IMG/VR virus record: IMGVR_UViG_3300037852_000220 | Coordinates: 1 to 64,000 of that record | Origin: a virus | DNA: 64,000 nucleotides | Strand: one strand, 5' to 3' | Shown here: positions 8,866-18,312 of the stretch, piece by piece | Numbering within the stretch: position 1 is the stretch's first letter | Layout of the letters: the number at the start of each line of letters is the position of its first letter | Program-made: the position numbers and the translations under genes | The notes under the pieces: model-generated | Database searches by the model: none | What the model saw: the letters and a program-made list of their open reading frames with translations, nothing else | Told to the model about the DNA's origin: nothing

Positions 8866-11346
8866 ATGAGTCTCGCATTGGCGTTGTCGCCTTCTGGATC
8901 GCTCGCCGAACTTGCCAAATTACGCAGGTTCATCTGCTATCGCCTTGAGTGGCTCGCAGAAAAATCCAAATGGAATAAAGTACCGACCGATATCCGTGGT
9001 CACAATGCTAATGCTCATGATCTTGCAGTGCAAACAGATTGGCAAACAGCGCTCATGGCAGCTGAGCGACTTGGTAAAGATTATGGCGTGGGATTCGTAT
9101 TCGCAGGGGACGGTATATGGTTCCTTGACATTGACAACTGTCTTGTTGACGGTAAGTGGTCGGATCTCGCACTCCGATTACTCGACATGCTGCCCGGCGC
9201 GGCAGTTGAAGTTAGCGTTTCCGGCAAAGGTCTTCATGTATTCGGTCGTGGAGTAATCCCGCCTCACAGCAATCGTAACGTTCCGCTCGGTATTGAATTC
9301 TATTCAAACCAACGGTTTTGCGCCATAACCGGTACAAATGCAATAGGCAATGCGAATCAAGATTGCACTACCGGAATTGCCGCCATTGTTTCTGAATATT
9401 TCACTGCGACTAAAGACGAGGGTTTCGCTTGGACTGATCTAGGCGTATCGGTTGAACAAGACGACGCGCTTATCGCGCGCATGATCTCGTCGCGCTCAGT
9501 GTACTCGTTCTTCGGCGACAAAGCAGCATTTGCTGACCTGTGGTTCGCGAAGGAGGACGTACTCGCTCGGAACTATCCGGATAGCGGTAAACGAACATAT
9601 GATGCTTCTGCAGTTGATGCTGCTATTTGTTCTCATTTAGCTTTTTGGACAAGAAAAGATTGCTCAAGAATTTGGAGGATTCTCTGGAATCCCGAATGCA
9701 AACTTCGTCGCGACAAATGGCATCCTGATAATCACAGGACGTATTTGCGAAATACCATCCTCAACGCCTGCGCGCGTCAGACCCAGGTGCTGAGCGAGCG
9801 TATGCAACCCGTGATGCCGGGTGCCCCGCCGCCGGCCCAGGCACTCTCTGGCGTTGCAGAAATCGCAGCGCGGGCACCCGTGGCATTGTGTCTAACAACC
9901 GATCAGGGTAACGCTGTACGCATATCCAAAGCGTTCGGCACTCGCATCATGTTCAGTGCTGGCGGGTGGTTCGGATGGGACGGTACCCGGTGGGTGCCCG
10001 ACATGAATTACGTGTGGGAATGCGCGCAACAGCTGTCCACGCTGGTTCGCGCCGAGGCTCAGCACTGGCGTGCCCGAGCCGAAGCGATGCGCGCGGCGAA
10101 TCATCCTGAGGGCGGCATGAAAGAGGATCAGAACGCCGACAACCTGGAAAAGTACATCCAGCAGGCTGAATCCCACGAGAAGAAGAACCTGGCATTGGCC
10201 GAACTTTCGAAGCTGTCCGCCATCAACATTGATGAAATCGATTCGCACGAATTCATACTCAACACACTGTCGGGTCATGTCGATTTGCGTACGGGCGGTC
10301 TCAGCCCACATGATTCGTCACGACGCATTACGAAGGTGGTGCCAGTTAAATTTGACGCAAATGCGACGTGCCCGCAATTCGAAGAGTTCCTGGCGCAGAT
10401 CATGCTTGAAGATCATCTGCCGCCACACCAGCGGCTGAAGGTAAAGTTCTTGCAGCGGTGGTTCGGCTACTGCGCGACCGGCTCGTGCCGCGAGCAGAAG
10501 TTCGCGGTGCATTTCGGCAACGGATCCAACGGCAAGTCGACACTGATCGATGTGATCGCCTCGATCATGGGTACGCAGTACGCGTGCGAAGCAGCGCCTG
10601 ACATGTTGACGGGCAAGGGCGAATCGAAACACCCAACAGATATTGCTGACTTACGGGGCAGACGTATGGTCACAAGCTCTGAAAGTAAATTCGACGAGTT
10701 GCTCAAAGAAGATTTCATCAAGCGTGCGACAGGTGGCGATCGGCTGAAGGGTCGCCTGATGCGCCAAGATTTTTTTGAATTTAAACCGACGCACAAACTA
10801 CAGCTGCTGACCAACCACAAACCCCGCATCATGGGTACCGACTACGCGATCTGGCGTCGAGTGATGCTGATCCCGTATCTTGCGTCGTTCGGAACGAAGG
10901 AAGATGTCGCCGCCGGCCGCTGCACCCGGATCAAGAACGAGAACCTGGCCGAGGCGCTGAAGGCTGAGCGTCAGGGGATCCTGAATTGGATCATCCAGGG
11001 CGCGAAGGAATGGTTCAGCGGCGGCCTGAATCCGCCCGAGGATGTCGCGGCTGCCACGGACGAGTATCGTAACGATCAGGATTCGATCGGACAATTTGTG
11101 CGCGACCAATGTGAACTCGGACCAGAATTCTGCGTCCCGCTGCACGGCGCCGCGGGATTCACCGAGTGCCTTTACCCGCGCTATCAGGTGTGGGCGAAAG
11201 AGAACGGCATGATGGCGATGGGCTCGCGCAAGTTCGAATCCGAAGTGAAGCGATGCGTGCCGGCGGCCCGGATTTACCGGGAGTCGCGGAAATCAGACAT
11301 CAACGGCAGAACAGTGCAGCTTATTATGATTAAGGGCATCAGATAG
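8866..11346 (+). CDS. DNA primase/helicase (prim-pol N-terminus, D5/P4-type SF3 helicase C-terminus)
   Basis: P-loop HFGNGSNGKST; prim-pol-like N-terminus; 826 aa. Confidence 0.8.
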   Translation: MSLALALSPSGSLAELAKLRRFICYRLEWLAEKSKWNKVPTDIRGHNANAHDLAVQTDWQTALMAAERLGKDYGVGFVFAGDGIWFLDIDNCLVDGKWSDLALRLLDMLPGAAVEVSVSGKGLHVFGRGVIPPHSNRNVPLGIEFYSNQRFCAITGTNAIGNANQDCTTGIAAIVSEYFTATKDEGFAWTDLGVSVEQDDALIARMISSRSVYSFFGDKAAFADLWFAKEDVLARNYPDSGKRTYDASAVDAAICSHLAFWTRKDCSRIWRILWNPECKLRRDKWHPDNHRTYLRNTILNACARQTQVLSERMQPVMPGAPPPAQALSGVAEIAARAPVALCLTTDQGNAVRISKAFGTRIMFSAGGWFGWDGTRWVPDMNYVWECAQQLSTLVRAEAQHWRARAEAMRAANHPEGGMKEDQNADNLEKYIQQAESHEKKNLALAELSKLSAINIDEIDSHEFILNTLSGHVDLRTGGLSPHDSSRRITKVVPVKFDANATCPQFEEFLAQIMLEDHLPPHQRLKVKFLQRWFGYCATGSCREQKFAVHFGNGSNGKSTLIDVIASIMGTQYACEAAPDMLTGKGESKHPTDIADLRGRRMVTSSESKFDELLKEDFIKRATGGDRLKGRLMRQDFFEFKPTHKLQLLTNHKPRIMGTDYAIWRRVMLIPYLASFGTKEDVAAGRCTRIKNENLAEALKAERQGILNWIIQGAKEWFSGGLNPPEDVAAATDEYRNDQDSIGQFVRDQCELGPEFCVPLHGAAGFTECLYPRYQVWAKENGMMAMGSRKFESEVKRCVPAARIYRESRKSDINGRTVQLIMIKGIR

Positions 11347-11349
11347 TTG

Positions 11350-11378
11350 TTGACGAACCCGTCATTTTGTGCCAGAAT
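11350..11378 (+). promoter_or_regulatory. candidate promoter TTGACG-17-CAGAAT with operator-like TTGACGAACCCGTCAT
   Basis: same TTGAC..CGTCA motif as 8422 and 13640. Confidence 0.35.
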
Positions 11379-11402
11379 TGGCTAACTTTTAGGAGATGAC
11401 AC

Positions 11403-12497
11403 GTGGGTATGAAGATCGTTCTGACTGGCGATGATGCTCGGGAATATCTCGCATGGGTACAACCGAGCCAACGAGAGCGTTCGGCGAAGCGGCTTTTCGA
11501 ACACCTTGCCGACGAACAGATCAATACCGGATCGACTGCCGATTTGCAAAAAGAAATCGATGCCCATTGGGCGGCGAAAGGTGTGCGCTCGGAAGAAATC
11601 CTGACCAGCCCGGAAGATGCTGCCCGCATTCTCGCGGAAATGGGCGCGCCTCTTCCTGAACCGTTGGTCGGTGCCGTTCAGGTTACGACAACCGGTGAGC
11701 CGAATACCAACGATGTGGTCGACACCGCGGCACTGTTCGGCGGCCAATCCCCTACGACTGCGGTGCCGTCGGCTGTCCCGGCCCCGCCGCAGACTGTTGC
11801 CCCCTCACAGGCGTTGCCTGTTGCCCCGAGCGCTGCCCCTTCTAACGGGCCCCCTCCCATCGTGGCTATCGCGCCGACGCTGGACAAAGATGGCCTCCCG
11901 TGGGATCAGCGCATCCACTCTGGCTCGAAGGCGATCAACAAAGACGGCACATGGCGGACCAAGAAGAACCTGGATCCAGCCACGCTGGCTGTCGTCACCG
12001 CCGAGCTCAAGCAAGTGATGGGTATCCCTTCGCCGGTCGCCTCGACCAACATCCCGCAGCCTCCCACCAACGCGGCGCCGGCACCATTCCAACCTCCCGT
12101 GGGTCCTGCCGCGGTTGTGGGTGATGCGGCGGCTGCGTTTGCTGCCAAGCAAATTCCGCTCATTCCGCCGGTTCCCGCTGTCCCTTTTGCCCCTGCGGTT
12201 CCGGTTCCCCCGCCATCTGGTGCCGCGCCTATCACGAGCTCCGTCCAGGAGAACTCGGCGGTGTTGCCGTTGCCGCCTACCACTGCGATCACTGCATCCC
12301 TTTCTAATACTCCGCCCACGCTGTCATTCGGTGAGCTCATCTTCAAGGTCAGCCAGGGTGTTGCACAGGGCACGCTGACGGATGCCAGGGTGACAGAAGT
12401 GTGTGCGAAGCATGGCCTGCCCGGCGGACAGATCGTGCTGATCGGATCGCGGCCGGATCTGATTCCGCAAGTTGCCAAAGACCTGGGGCTGATGTGA
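11403..12497 (+). CDS. Pro/Ala-rich hypothetical protein
   Basis: GTG start 7 nt after AGGAG; long Pro-rich linker. Confidence 0.5.
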   Translation: MGMKIVLTGDDAREYLAWVQPSQRERSAKRLFEHLADEQINTGSTADLQKEIDAHWAAKGVRSEEILTSPEDAARILAEMGAPLPEPLVGAVQVTTTGEPNTNDVVDTAALFGGQSPTTAVPSAVPAPPQTVAPSQALPVAPSAAPSNGPPPIVAIAPTLDKDGLPWDQRIHSGSKAINKDGTWRTKKNLDPATLAVVTAELKQVMGIPSPVASTNIPQPPTNAAPAPFQPPVGPAAVVGDAAAAFAAKQIPLIPPVPAVPFAPAVPVPPPSGAAPITSSVQENSAVLPLPPTTAITASLSNTPPTLSFGELIFKVSQGVAQGTLTDARVTEVCAKHGLPGGQIVLIGSRPDLIPQVAKDLGLM

Positions 12498-13636
12498 CCG
12501 TTGCCGACCACGCGGAACACGCGCCATCCTCGATATCCCGGATCATCCAGTGTCCGGGGTCGAGGAAGCTGTGTAAGCAATTCCCGGGTATCGTGCTCGA
12601 CGGCACTCGGGAGGCCGCGATCGAAGGCGAGACCGGGCATTGGGTCGCCGCACGTACAGCGCGTGGCGAGCTCACACCACTCGGTACGATCTGCCCGACC
12701 ACGAGTCTGCCGGTCACCGAGGAAATGATCGAAGGTGCCGAGCTCTGGGCGGAAACGATTGGCACCCCTCAGCATATCGAGGAACGTTTGCCACCGAGCG
12801 AGGAGTTCGGCCCGAATTGTTGGGGCACACCGGACTCGTGGAAGTTCGGACCCGAGACGTGGCCTGCCGGTTTGATGTACACACTGCGCGTGTCGGACTA
12901 CAAGTTCGGCCACCGCTACGTGGATGTCTTCGAAAACTGGCAGCTGGTCTGCTACGCGTGTCTGATCATCGACGGTGTCCTGCGGTTGAATGGTCTGCAG
13001 GACCAGGCCGTCAAATGCGTGTTCGATATCGTTCAGCCGCGCAATTTCACGCCAGAGGGACCGGTGCGCACGTGGTCATGCATGGCGTCCGATCTGCGTC
13101 CGTTGCGCAACCGAATCAAGGCAGCAATTGCCGCCTCGGAGAAGGATGACGCACCGTGCGTGGTTGGATACGAGTGCCGCGATTGCAGCGCCCGCGCCCA
13201 TTGCGGCACGCTACAGCGCGCTGCAATGTCGGCGATCGAGGAGTCGACCAAGATCACGCCGCTGGTGCTGAAACCCGAAGCGCTCGGGCTGGAGCTCAGG
13301 ATGCTGGAGCGCGCCGGAATGCTGATCAAGGCGCGCGCCGCCGGTCTGCGCGAAGTGGCCATGGAAACCATCACGAGCGGCATCATGGTGCCCGGCTTCA
13401 AGACCGAAACCGGCCTCGGCCGGCAGCGCTGGAAGGTGCCGATGCCCCAGGTCGTGGCGCTAGAGGCGGTCATTGGCAAGAAGTTGACCGAGCCGAAGGC
13501 CGTCACCCCCAAGCAGGCCATCAAACTCGGCGTGCCCGAGGAAGTTGTGGCCATGTTCAGTGAGACGCCGAACGGGGAAACCCGATTGGTGGAGGATGAC
13601 AGCACGTTGACCCGTCGCATTTTCGGCGGTGCATAG
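12494..13636 (+). CDS. PD-(D/E)XK Cas4-like exonuclease (DUF2800-like)
   Basis: N-terminal SRIIQCPGS motif and C-terminal C-x2-C-x5-C cluster (YECRDCSARAHC); GTG at 12494 overlaps upstream stop. Confidence 0.55.
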   Translation: MTVADHAEHAPSSISRIIQCPGSRKLCKQFPGIVLDGTREAAIEGETGHWVAARTARGELTPLGTICPTTSLPVTEEMIEGAELWAETIGTPQHIEERLPPSEEFGPNCWGTPDSWKFGPETWPAGLMYTLRVSDYKFGHRYVDVFENWQLVCYACLIIDGVLRLNGLQDQAVKCVFDIVQPRNFTPEGPVRTWSCMASDLRPLRNRIKAAIAASEKDDAPCVVGYECRDCSARAHCGTLQRAAMSAIEESTKITPLVLKPEALGLELRMLERAGMLIKARAAGLREVAMETITSGIMVPGFKTETGLGRQRWKVPMPQVVALEAVIGKKLTEPKAVTPKQAIKLGVPEEVVAMFSETPNGETRLVEDDSTLTRRIFGGA

Positions 13637-13639
13637 TAC

Positions 13640-13668
13640 TTGACAGATCCGTCAACAGGCGGTACGAT
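13640..13668 (+). promoter_or_regulatory. candidate promoter TTGACA-17-TACGAT with palindrome TTGACAGATCCGTCAA
   Basis: third copy of TTGAC-N6-GTCAA element. Confidence 0.35.
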
Positions 13669-13694
13669 TCATCACCCTACAGAGGAGCATTTGA

Positions 13695-14624
13695 ATGGCA
13701 AACGAGAAGGTCCGAATCCTCACCCCCAAGCACCCGATCGGTCGTCTGGTCGGCGGTTCCGTGTCGAAGGGCCGTGACAAGGATCCCGACGGCAAACCGT
13801 ACACGATCAAGACCGGCGCGAATGCTGGTCAGCCCACGATCAAGTACTACATCGCGCTCGCCATCCCGAAGCAGGGTGAAGCGCATTGGGCGTCCACAGA
13901 ATGGGGCGCGAAGGTTTGGCAAGTCGGCCACACGGCGTTCCCGGGCATCGCCCAAAACCCGACGTTCGCCTGGAAGATCGAAGACGGCGACAGCCCGATC
14001 CCGAACACCAAGGGAAAGGCGCCGGCCTCGAATCCGAACTACCGCGGTTGCTGGATCCTGCACATGACGACGTCGCTGCCGATCAAGGCATGCAACGCCG
14101 ACGGCAGTGCGGCGATCAACCCCGAGCAGATCAAGTGCGGCTACTACGTCCAAGTCTCGATCATGTGTCAGGGCAACAGCAGCACGCAGAAGCCGGGCGT
14201 GTATCTGAACCCCGAGGCCGTGGCATTGGCCGGTGTGGGCGAGGAGATCGTTCAGGGTCTGGACACGGCGGCTGTCGGTTTCGGTGGTGGCGTTCTGCCC
14301 GCGGGCGCAAGCGTTCCCCCGAACCTGCTGACCGGTGCGCCAGCTGCCCCTGCAGCCCCTGGCGTGGCTGTTCCGACCCCTGCGGCCTACGTTCCGCCGG
14401 TTGCTGCCGCAGTTGCCCCGCCCCCGCCCAATGTGGCGATCCTGGCCCCGCCGCCGGTTCCGGGCGTTGCCGTGGCACCTCCGGCTCCGCCAGCGCCCCC
14501 TGCGCCTCCTGCAGCCCCAGTGGGCCCGCAGCTGACGGCAAAAGCGGCAGGTTTCACATACGCGCAGCTGATCGCCGCAGGCTGGACCGACGCGACCCTG
14601 CGTCAGAACGGCATGATGGTTTAA
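13695..14624 (+). CDS. putative ssDNA-binding protein (DUF2815-like) with Pro-rich C-terminal tail
   Basis: position in DUF2800/DUF2815/PolA cluster; AGGAG RBS. Confidence 0.5.
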   Translation: MANEKVRILTPKHPIGRLVGGSVSKGRDKDPDGKPYTIKTGANAGQPTIKYYIALAIPKQGEAHWASTEWGAKVWQVGHTAFPGIAQNPTFAWKIEDGDSPIPNTKGKAPASNPNYRGCWILHMTTSLPIKACNADGSAAINPEQIKCGYYVQVSIMCQGNSSTQKPGVYLNPEAVALAGVGEEIVQGLDTAAVGFGGGVLPAGASVPPNLLTGAPAAPAAPGVAVPTPAAYVPPVAAAVAPPPPNVAILAPPPVPGVAVAPPAPPAPPAPPAAPVGPQLTAKAAGFTYAQLIAAGWTDATLRQNGMMV

Positions 14625-14910
14625 AACGCAGCCTCCATTGATCCGGAGGCCTCGGGGTGGAATACTATCGACCTGGCCGGCGGTAGCACCCCGAGTTTCC
14701 CCTGGCGCGGTCCAACACGCCGCCGGCAGCCATTCCAAGGGCTGCCGACAGTTAAAGGATGACAGGGGGTTTTCAAAAGCGTCGAGGGGGCTCCTCAGGT
14801 TGCCGCAGGGGAAGACCCGCTCCGCGAGGAGCGACTGAATATACCGAGGTCGCGAATTGACGCAGGAGAGGGGCGTAAAACGTACGCGCCAACTCTCGAC
14901 GCTTTTGAAA

Positions 14911-15435
14911 ATGGACATCATCAGATATATAGGCAATGAGGGAAATAGAGGGCGTCCGCGCCCGAATCACCCAAACCCTGCGCATTGGGATTCGATTCGA
15001 ACGCAAGCAATTGCGCGCGATGGTAAATGTCGCGGATGTGGGGGATCGCCTGATGATTGCCACCACATAACCTACGATCGATTTGGCCATGAGGAGCTCG
15101 ATGACGTAACCATGCTCTGCCGTCTATGCCATGACGCAATCACATCTCGTGTCAGATTTGCTCGAAATGAACATTTCAATCGTCCGTTAACCCTTTTGAT
15201 GGAGGCTATAGGTGCGAACCCTTTCACTCAAGTTGACCGGAGTATCCCCACTGCTCATGCACAACGGACAAACGGCGGACCCGTTGAATCCGTTTGCGAA
15301 AGCGATGAAACAAGTCAGCGGCAAGAAGAAGAAGACGGAGGCGGATTTTCTGGAACTCGCCAAGATCGAATTCAATGCAGGGCTATACCTGAGCGACGAC
15401 AAGAAATCGGTCGTGCTGCCGACATGGGTGCTTGA
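14911..15435 (+). CDS. HNH endonuclease (homing-type insertion)
   Basis: CRGCGG..DCHHITYDRFGHEELDDVTMLCRLCHD HNH motif; 3' end overlaps next gene by >200 nt. Confidence 0.55.
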   Translation: MDIIRYIGNEGNRGRPRPNHPNPAHWDSIRTQAIARDGKCRGCGGSPDDCHHITYDRFGHEELDDVTMLCRLCHDAITSRVRFARNEHFNRPLTLLMEAIGANPFTQVDRSIPTAHAQRTNGGPVESVCESDETSQRQEEEDGGGFSGTRQDRIQCRAIPERRQEIGRAADMGA

Positions 15436-15781
15436 GGCCACGTTGCTGGGCGGCGCGAAGAAAGTCAAGTCTGGACAGGCATGTAAGGCAGGTCTGTTCA
15501 TCGACAACGATTCGATTCTGCATTACGACGGCGAAACGTCACCCGAGAATCTGTGGGCAACCAGCGCACACGTTCTTAAGACTGGCGTACGCGTGGGCAT
15601 GTCTCGCGTGATGCGTACACGGCCGATGTTCCGCAATTGGTCGTGCGTCGTCGACATTTCGTATTCGGACGAACTACTCAATCCGAATGACATTTTTGAA
15701 TTTGCGCAACATGCCGGGCAGTCTGTCGGCCTATGTGACTGGCGTCCGAAGTTTGGACGATTTACTGCGCAGAAGATTTAA
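15212..15781 (+). CDS. hypothetical protein (189 aa)
   Basis: GTG start 7 nt after GGAGG. Confidence 0.5.
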   Translation: MRTLSLKLTGVSPLLMHNGQTADPLNPFAKAMKQVSGKKKKTEADFLELAKIEFNAGLYLSDDKKSVVLPTWVLEATLLGGAKKVKSGQACKAGLFIDNDSILHYDGETSPENLWATSAHVLKTGVRVGMSRVMRTRPMFRNWSCVVDISYSDELLNPNDIFEFAQHAGQSVGLCDWRPKFGRFTAQKI

Positions 15782-15838
15782 ACCGGGTCCGGCATGGTGA
15801 GGCGTGGTTATGTACGGTGCGGTGTGGTTGGATTTGGA

Positions 15839-16009
15839 GCTACTTCGTAGCGGTCAGCGCAAGAGTGTTGACCGGTGCGTGAAGCATCGTTTGGTATGTC
15901 GTGTTGCGGTGGGGTGCGGCGCGGCGCGGTTCGGTCAGGTTGGGCACGGTTTGGTAAGGGCTACTTCGTAGCGGTCAGCACGAGAGTGCTGACCGGTGCG
16001 TGAAGCATC
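15839..16009 (+). repeat. two 50-bp direct repeats (15839-15888, 15960-16009) each with a 10-bp hairpin, in a GT-rich intergenic region
   Basis: GCTACTTCGTAGCGGTCAGC..GAAGCATC repeated 121 bp apart; strongly G+T skewed flanks. Confidence 0.6.
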
Positions 16010-16081
16010 ACATGCTGGGGTAGTGTTTGGTTAGGTTGGGCTTGTTCCGGCTTGGCAAGGCGAGGGCGCGTAAGCGCAAAT

Positions 16082-17959
16082 ATGAAGAATGTTCATCATT
16101 GCACCTCCTGTGACCGCGGATACTCAACCGAGGCGTTGTATTGCCCGTGGTGTGGTTCTGATTACACTGCATCCCAAACCGAAGAGCGCATCGCACGCAT
16201 GGTTGACACCGAATGTTATAAAGATTTCTGGCTCTGCAAAGTCGACCCGCCGTTGCCCGGTCATTCGGGCGAATACCAAATGTTCCCCGGACATCCGCTC
16301 GACGTATATGGATTACATCGCTGCCTATCGTTATCAACAACTGTAGGATTTAATTCATCACATTACGATTTGCCAATGATCGCTTTAGCCATCGCTGGCG
16401 CCGATAATGCGCAATTGAAGCAGGCGAACGACGACATCATCCAGGGTAACCTGCTCCCGTGGCAATTCTACGATCGCTGGCGACTGCAGCCGCCGACGTG
16501 GATCGACCACGTGGATATGATCGAGATCGCGCCAGGCCAGGATTCGTTGAAGATCTACGGCGGCAAGATGCACAGCCGCAAGATGCAAGACTTGCCGATC
16601 GACCCGAGTCAGTCGATCAGCTGGTACGACCGCCTCGTGCTGCGGGAGTATTGTGGCAACGACTTGCAAGTTACGCGAGACCTGTACAACACGTTCCCTG
16701 CGCAGATCAAACTGCGCGAGGACATGAGTGCCGAATATGGTCTCGATCTCCGCAGCAAATCAGACGCGCAAATTGCCGAAGCAATAATGAAGAAGCTGAC
16801 CGGCGTGAAGTATCGCGTCGAGGTCGCGCCGGGGACCCAATTCTATTACCGTCCGCCATCGTGGATGAGATTCCAAAACCTGAATGTCCTGGATCTCATC
16901 GCGCGCTCGCCGTTCACCGTGATGTCGAGTGGCGGCGTTGAAATGACGGAGGAGCTCAAGAAAACCCACATTCGCATTGGCAAGTCGGTCTACCACATGG
17001 GGATCGGCGGCCTTCACTCAACTGAAACAGGAGCAGTGCATGTCGCGGACGATACGTATAGTTTACAAGACGTGGACGTTGCGAGCTATTATCCGTCGCT
17101 TATTATTCAGACTGGCATTTATCCTCCAGCGATTGGAGAACAATTCCGTCCGATCTACAAGGGCTGGTTTGATCGACGAATCGCATGTAAGCGAGCAGGA
17201 AACAAAAAAGACGCAGATTCCCTCAAGACTCTGCTCAACGGAACCTTCGGGAAGCTCGGATCCAAGTGGTCCATCTTCTACGCCCCAAGCGAATTCATCC
17301 AAGTCACCGTGGGTGGTCAGCTATCGCTCTTGGTTCTGATCGAAATGCTGGAGATCTGCGGGATCTCCGTCGTCAGCGCGAACACCGACGGCATTGTGAT
17401 CAAGTGCCGGCGCGACATGGAGTGGTTGCGCGACCAGATCGTGAAATGGTGGGAAGGGATCACCGGCTTCGAAACCGAGGCCGTGACGTACCGCGCCATC
17501 TGCTCGCGCGACGTCAACAACTACATGGCGATGCCGGCGGATCCGAAGAAGCCCATCAAGCGCAAGGGCACATACGCGCCGCCGGTACCCGTGGCCACAT
17601 CCTGGCCGGCGCCGAGCGGCGAGATCTGCCAGGATGCGCTATGCGCGTACTTCACGAACGGCACGCCCTTGGCGGAATCGATTCGAGCGTGCAATGACAT
17701 TCGCAAGTTCGTGTACGTGCGTCGAGTGACGGGCGGAGGCACGTGGAACGGAGACTATTTAGGCAAGGCCGTGCGTTGGTATTACAGCACGGGACAAACG
17801 GCGCCGATCCTATATCGCAGCGACGGTCGCAAAGTTGCGGATAGCGACGGGTGTCGGCCACTCATGGAATTGCCTGATGCAATGCCGACAGATGTCGACT
17901 ACGGCAAATATATTTCAGATGCACGATCAATGCTTGCCGACTTGGGGGTCCAAGGATGA
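16082..17959 (+). CDS. family A DNA polymerase
   Basis: motif A DVASYYPSLI, motif B KTLLNGTFGK, motif C ANTDGIV; N-terminal Zn ribbon; alternative TTG start at 16052. Confidence 0.8.
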   Translation: MKNVHHCTSCDRGYSTEALYCPWCGSDYTASQTEERIARMVDTECYKDFWLCKVDPPLPGHSGEYQMFPGHPLDVYGLHRCLSLSTTVGFNSSHYDLPMIALAIAGADNAQLKQANDDIIQGNLLPWQFYDRWRLQPPTWIDHVDMIEIAPGQDSLKIYGGKMHSRKMQDLPIDPSQSISWYDRLVLREYCGNDLQVTRDLYNTFPAQIKLREDMSAEYGLDLRSKSDAQIAEAIMKKLTGVKYRVEVAPGTQFYYRPPSWMRFQNLNVLDLIARSPFTVMSSGGVEMTEELKKTHIRIGKSVYHMGIGGLHSTETGAVHVADDTYSLQDVDVASYYPSLIIQTGIYPPAIGEQFRPIYKGWFDRRIACKRAGNKKDADSLKTLLNGTFGKLGSKWSIFYAPSEFIQVTVGGQLSLLVLIEMLEICGISVVSANTDGIVIKCRRDMEWLRDQIVKWWEGITGFETEAVTYRAICSRDVNNYMAMPADPKKPIKRKGTYAPPVPVATSWPAPSGEICQDALCAYFTNGTPLAESIRACNDIRKFVYVRRVTGGGTWNGDYLGKAVRWYYSTGQTAPILYRSDGRKVADSDGCRPLMELPDAMPTDVDYGKYISDARSMLADLGVQG

Positions 17960-18312
17960 CAATGAAAAAATGCATCAAGTGCGCCAGGTTTTTGCGCAAC
18001 TACGGGGATCACGAATGCGTCGCAAATGTCGGAGAGTATCATCGAGAAACGCATGAAAAGTATCGGACGAATCCGCCGGCTGTGCCGGTCGAACGAGTGC
18101 GCGCACTTCACAGCGACGGGGCCTATGCCATGAAACTGAACGATTTGCAGATCCTGTACATGTCACAAGAGGCGGGGCTAAGCGATGCCCCACTGCCGGC
18201 TCTGAAACGATTCGCGGATCTGGTTCGAGCCGATATGCGTTCGGAAATTAATGCCGAATCGCTGCGAGCGATCGAGCAGCGTGCGGCCGCGGTGGGGGTG
18301 ACCCTAAAGTGA
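17956..18312 (+). CDS. hypothetical Zn-ribbon protein (118 aa)
   Basis: CIKCARFLRNYGDHEC. Confidence 0.5.
   Translation: MTMKKCIKCARFLRNYGDHECVANVGEYHRETHEKYRTNPPAVPVERVRALHSDGAYAMKLNDLQILYMSQEAGLSDAPLPALKRFADLVRADMRSEINAESLRAIEQRAAAVGVTLK

Noticed and set aside
12401-12493. Upstream extension of Cas4-like ORF
   Set aside because: It would overlap the preceding gene by ~95 nt with no Met. GTG at 12494 coupled to the upstream stop is preferred.
11906-12913. 335-aa - strand ORF across Pro-rich and Cas4-like genes
   Set aside because: Antisense to two well-supported + strand genes. No RBS.
14857-14910. TTG-initiated N-terminal extension of the HNH gene
   Set aside because: ATG at 14911 is the simpler start. 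Retained only as an alternative.
13677-14936. 419-aa - strand ORF over SSB-like gene
   Set aside because: Arg-rich antisense artefact opposite a + strand gene with RBS and promoter.
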